This document shows positions 26,801-29,882 of a stretch of DNA of 29,882 nt, in pieces; within the stretch, counting starts at the first letter, position 1, and each line of letters begins with the position of its first letter. This stretch comes from Candidatus Micrarchaeia archaeon (GTDB lineage Archaea; Micrarchaeota; Micrarchaeia; Anstonellales; J096): assembly GCA_041500865.1 (NCBI GenBank), contig JBGQMY010000016.1, forward strand, positions 1 through 29,882. The letters run 5' to 3'. The notes beneath the pieces were generated by a model that saw only the letters and a program-made list of their open reading frames with translations, had not been told where the DNA came from and did not search any database. The position numbers were made by a program, and so were the translations under genes.

Positions 26801-29800
26801 CTCCGCAACATCAGAATCCAGCATAGCCATAAACGTGTCCCTGACTAAGAACGCAAGCCTCTGCGCGCTCAACATAACCGGCGGCGCGCTCTGGTCCAAC
26901 ATAAGGCACCTCAACATAACCGGCGGCCAGTTTGACTACAATGCGTCATATGGAGTCAACAACTACAGCTCATTTTTCATGAATGCGCGCATGCCGGTAT
27001 CCTCTGGCGGATACCATACATGCTACCTGCTCAGCAGCGGCAACTCGACATGCTACGGCAACTCGTTCTGCAACGAAAACTTCCCGTGCGTTGGCAGCAA
27101 CGGCCAGGCAACCAGCTACACGGGCGGCAACGCCGTTACGGTCACTGCGGGCGATGCCTTCACCTGCTACCTGCTCTCAAACGGCAACTCGACATGCTAT
27201 GGCGACAACGGCAACGGCCAGTCAAACAGCTACACGGGTGGCAATGCAGTCGCGGTTGCCGCAGGCCTCTACCACATCTGCTACGTGCTCAGCAGCGGCA
27301 ACGCCACATGCAAAGGCGAAAACTGGTTTGGGGAGGCAAATACAAATGCATACACCGTCGGCGACGCCATTGCAGTTGCCGCAGGCGAATACCACACCTG
27401 CTACCTGCTCTCAAACGGCAACTCGTCCTGCTACGGCTACGACGACGGCGGCGACGCAACCCCATACACCGGCGGCGACGCAATCGCCGTTTCCGCAGGG
27501 GGATACCACACCTGCTACCTGCTCAGCAGCGGCAACTCGGTATACTACGGCTACACCGGCTACGGCCAGGCCGCCAACTACACCGGCGGCGACGCAATCG
27601 CCGTTTCCGCAGGGGGATACCACACTTGCTACCTGCTCAGCAGCGGCAACTCGGTATGCTACGGCGACAACGGCTACGGCCAGGCCGCCAACTACACGGG
27701 CGGCAACGCCATCGCAGTCTCTGCAGGCGCCCGTCACACCTGCTACCTGCTCAGCAGCGGCAACTCTATCTGCTACGGCGACAACGGCGATGGAAAATCA
27801 ACTAACTACACCGGCGGCAACATAAGGCTGCCCCCACTATCCATAAAAAGCATGCAGATAAACAACGCCGATGCAGGCACAACGGCCAATTACACGCTGA
27901 TGAATCTCAGCGACGGGAAAATCACCTATTCCGTGACCTGCATTGACACGTCCGGCAACTCAAACACCAGCGAAACCCGGACCTTCTGGGTTGTGCTCAG
28001 CCTTGCCATATCCAATGTCGCGGGCATTGCGCTGCTTGGCGACACAAGCGCAATGGTCAACTGGACGACAGACAAGGCCGCGAACTCAACCGTCAGCTAC
28101 GGCACGACAACCGATTTCGGCAACAGCACCTCCAATGCCTCGTTCTCAACGTCGCACAGCATAACGCTAACCAGCCTCACGCCCATCACCCTATATTATT
28201 ATAATATTACATCATGCGCAAGCACCGGCCTGTGCAACACCAGCGGCCCGTTCAATTTCACCACCGACGTAACCCCGCCGGGCATGACATTCATCCCCCC
28301 GACGCCGCCAAACGACAGCGCCATAGCGGATGGCAATGCAACCATAAACATAAGCGTAACCGAGAACGTGAGCGACTGCACGCTCAACACTAATGATATG
28401 CCGCCATTGGCAAACCCGACCATGGCCGCAGGCGACAGGCACACCTGTTATGTGCTCAAAACCGGCAACTCCACCTGCTTCGGCGACAGCGGCTCCGGCC
28501 GGACAACCAACTACACGGGCGGCAACGCCGTTACGGTCACTGCGGGCAACGACTTCACCTGTTATGTGCTCAACACCGGCAACTCCGCCTGCTATGGAAA
28601 CGATGACCACGGCCAGGCAGATGCATATACCGGTGGGGATGCGATTCAGGTTTCGGCTGGAGCCAACACTGCATGCTATCTTAATTCAAGCGGCGACGCC
28701 ACCTGCCTAGGCGCCAGCCCGGCACAGTCATACTCAGGAGGGGATGCGATTGCAGTGGCAAACGGCTATGACACCACCTGCTACCTGCTCAGCGACGGCA
28801 ACTCCTACTGCATCGGCGGCAACTTCTTTGGCCAGGGCAATTCTGACGGGATTTCTTATGCCGGCGCGGACGCAGTCAGGATTGCGGCGAGCAAAGCCGG
28901 CTCCGAGGCCCGCGTCTGCTATGTTTTAAGCAACGGCAGCGGCTTGTGCTATGGCGATATGCCTTACACCGGCGGCTACGGCGCCACGCACTCAAGTCCG
29001 GAATACCAATATTCTGGCGAAGACGCAATCGGAGTTTCCACAGGAGGCAATAGCGGCCCTGTCTGCTATCTCCTCCGCAGCGGCAACTCAATTTGCTATG
29101 GCGACAACAGCTACGGCAAGGCAACAAACTATACGGGCGGCGACGCCGTAGCAGTTGCAGTAGGCAACTACCACACATGCTACATGCTTAGAAACGGCAG
29201 CTCCACCTGCTACGGCTACAACGGGGACGGCACCGGAGAGGCAACCAGCTATACCGGCGGCAACATAAGGCTGCCTCCACCATCCATAAAAAGCATGCAG
29301 ATAAACAACGCCGATGCAGGCACAACGGCCAATTACACGCTGATGAATCTCAGCGACGGCATTCATCCCTATTCCGTGACCTGCATTGACACGTCCAGCA
29401 ACTCAAACACCAGCGAAACCCGGACCCTTTACGCCGCGTTCAGCCTTGCCATTTCCAATGTCGCGGGCAGGGGGCTCCCGGGCGACACAAGCGCAATGGT
29501 GAATTGGACGACCGACAAGCCTGCAAACTCAACCGTAAACTACGGCACGACAACCGATTTCGGCAACAGCACCTCCAATGCCTCGTTCTCAATGTCGCAC
29601 AGCATGAACATAACCGGCCTCACGCCCCGCACACTATATTATTATAATGTCAGCTCGTGCACCGCTGCCGGCCTGTGCAACGAAAGCGGGCCGTTCAGTT
29701 TCACCACGGACATCACGCCGCCATTCATCAATTTCACTGCGCCGACGCTGGACAACGGCTCCACAATAGGGGCTGGCTATGCCACCATAAACGTGACGGT

Positions 29801-29882
29801 AAGCGAGAATGCCAGCTGCGCACTGGCAATAGACACCGCAAACACGCCCAGCTGCCCAAACGGCACGGTGGCATACTGGCAG
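23889..29882 (+). CDS. Giant multidomain surface glycoprotein (partial, at least 1998 aa): N-terminal TM/signal, acidic low-complexity stalk, Ig-like domains, two RCC1-like propellers, two FN3-like domains, start of a LamG-like domain
   Basis: Hand-translated segments all fall in the same frame, from MQRPHEFMYMGIIALLVLLSAFSV to ...SCPNGTVAYWQ at the window edge. It is absent from the ORF track, consistent with no in-window stop, and no track ORF uses this frame. Very dense N-x-S/T sequons; repeated D(T/V)TxP...GNxNxTETR Ig-like modules; AMVNWTTDKxANSTVxYGTT...HSxxxTxLTPxTLYYY FN3-like modules. Confidence 0.92.
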   Translation, partial: MQRPHEFMYMGIIALLVLLSAFSVMNQGTGFTVSDIVDNSSLEGATANQTYNETPIFNETSPSGENASIIEQNGTEGASGDGTSGASANGSAENGTISENATNTTESESLETGNASLNESAGNETVPENLTDTTSENESSTSENGTVPVQNETPPSQENVSGNANETVSPPGNETAPPVQPPPAKNNSIMSGTYSLNSITVVSPADNALVNATAQNFAFIAVSGSDSSFPCTLLVDGSPRGSNASVDNNTQASITASPELAEGNYVWRINCTDSTGSMESALYNVSVDTTAPEIQFVPPTESSGSYINRNYAAVNVSVSDTNLNGFVLYFYLPNGSVLTSSSGFSLCYQEFANQSTPCGGVANGNAYQDMGAWNDGNWATDSGEANEWFNYTVPAGALNATLRIAPIKDSSGNAVEFNYSVPGDCLATGFAYFTLNYIDVCTKPMNLFYTISCMNSPSGNMETFVNHTYSTTCSRTFPHAHAAFFEEAMLWAMSGGANASFANFTGLSDGLYRFNATASDSAGNFNKTETRNVTIDTVAPAVYFIPATPNSSTVTGSTTLRVNVSASDSAFSNITVFLYSGIGALLNTSTGTSSNYTAVFSGLGSDTYYFNATAYDRAGNHNSTETRNITINGAGPSITAFASSPYNGMIPFNATLTCNFSDANPSNATIYLDGAALQMYNSSATSWHANATIAEKGVHQAYCIAYNTLDQSTRSPNITINASNFSASFSRDFDDVMIGPSMPADANYSSNFTVTVSVNASGNASNVFATVTYAIPDGPNITSVGVANATGQQAAFSNYTSSGTHYVVFNTSAFNGSASLAYYIRYSEPMFNARYNTDGIYRLLNISRGFNASSPAIYVNVSINPVGSWNPSSSRAVLEILQGSNWTDVGNFCPLQNYSSYGIFSVITDGIVSGNKTRLNFSYDLSQAQSFAFRISTADVAENASCNVSTNESANVTPSFVSFVPPTPDNGSATSESSIAINVSLTKNASLCALNITGGALWSNIRHLNITGGQFDYNASYGVNNYSSFFMNARMPVSSGGYHTCYLLSSGNSTCYGNSFCNENFPCVGSNGQATSYTGGNAVTVTAGDAFTCYLLSNGNSTCYGDNGNGQSNSYTGGNAVAVAAGLYHICYVLSSGNATCKGENWFGEANTNAYTVGDAIAVAAGEYHTCYLLSNGNSSCYGYDDGGDATPYTGGDAIAVSAGGYHTCYLLSSGNSVYYGYTGYGQAANYTGGDAIAVSAGGYHTCYLLSSGNSVCYGDNGYGQAANYTGGNAIAVSAGARHTCYLLSSGNSICYGDNGDGKSTNYTGGNIRLPPLSIKSMQINNADAGTTANYTLMNLSDGKITYSVTCIDTSGNSNTSETRTFWVVLSLAISNVAGIALLGDTSAMVNWTTDKAANSTVSYGTTTDFGNSTSNASFSTSHSITLTSLTPITLYYYNITSCASTGLCNTSGPFNFTTDVTPPGMTFIPPTPPNDSAIADGNATINISVTENVSDCTLNTNDMPPLANPTMAAGDRHTCYVLKTGNSTCFGDSGSGRTTNYTGGNAVTVTAGNDFTCYVLNTGNSACYGNDDHGQADAYTGGDAIQVSAGANTACYLNSSGDATCLGASPAQSYSGGDAIAVANGYDTTCYLLSDGNSYCIGGNFFGQGNSDGISYAGADAVRIAASKAGSEARVCYVLSNGSGLCYGDMPYTGGYGATHSSPEYQYSGEDAIGVSTGGNSGPVCYLLRSGNSICYGDNSYGKATNYTGGDAVAVAVGNYHTCYMLRNGSSTCYGYNGDGTGEATSYTGGNIRLPPPSIKSMQINNADAGTTANYTLMNLSDGIHPYSVTCIDTSSNSNTSETRTLYAAFSLAISNVAGRGLPGDTSAMVNWTTDKPANSTVNYGTTTDFGNSTSNASFSMSHSMNITGLTPRTLYYYNVSSCTAAGLCNESGPFSFTTDITPPFINFTAPTLDNGSTIGAGYATINVTVSENASCALAIDTANTPSCPNGTVAYWQ
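27000..27821 (+). repeat. Seven RCC1-like repeats (propeller 1 of the + strand giant gene)
   Basis: Seven ~38-aa units YTGG(N/D)AIAVxAGxxHTCYLLSxGNSxCYG; units 27465-27578 and 27579-27692 differ at only 4 of 114 nt. Confidence 0.9.
27806..29713. repeat. ~465-bp direct repeat (27806-28270 and 29249-29713; period 1443 bp) encoding the Ig C-terminal half plus the FN3-like domain
   Basis: First ~110 nt have 3 mismatches; the remainder is clearly similar (roughly 85% by eye). Confidence 0.9.
28422..29264 (+). repeat. Seven RCC1-like repeats (propeller 2 of the + strand giant gene)
   Basis: GDRHTCYVL, GNDFTCYVL, GANTACYLN, GYDTTCYLL, EARVCYVL, GPVCYLL, GNYHTCYML, each followed by GxxxC(Y/F/L/I)G. 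Confidence 0.9.

Noticed and set aside
27465..27692. Diversity-generating retroelement TR/VR pair
   Set aside because: The differences (C/T, A/G, T/G, C/A) are not confined to adenines of one copy, both copies are in-frame coding, and there is no reverse transcriptase in the window.
27000..29264. CRISPR array
   Set aside because: The repeats are degenerate, keep codon phase and encode protein blades; there is no constant repeat/unique spacer structure and no cas genes.
24038..29366. ORF-track ORFs such as 25208-25972, 26983-27825, 27020-27805 and the minus-strand ORFs
   Set aside because: Off-frame or antisense shadows of the single long + strand gene starting at 23889.

Overview
Archaeal DNA, probably a DPANN lineage such as Micrarchaeota. 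This is inferred from the archaeal-type ApgM, TTTAAA TATA boxes, GGTGA ribosome-binding sites, a short AlaRS and giant sequon-rich surface proteins. Left to right: the probable right end of an IS200/IS605-type element; apgM and dcd; a lower-GC islet downstream of tRNA-Gly(GCC) (ATPase/nuclease-like gene, ankyrin-capped repeat gene, duplicated tRNA 3' end); a membrane protein; and a tightly coupled ~13.8-kb minus-strand operon. That operon has six paralogous CedA/VirB6-like membrane proteins followed by a 2071-aa Cys-rich putative lipoprotein. Next come a C-terminally shortened alaS, a degenerate cupin PGI-like gene, a small helical protein and a protein with three tandem Xis/HTH_17 domains. 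Last is a divergently transcribed giant surface protein (at least 1998 aa) that runs off the window and is missing from the ORF track. The strongest candidate for an undescribed system is the six-paralog operon plus giant lipoprotein, possibly a cell-contact or transfer apparatus. A linked observation is a 7-bladed Cys-paired RCC1-like propeller that occurs as a plug-in cassette in both giant proteins. All family assignments come from motif recognition by eye; no searches were run.
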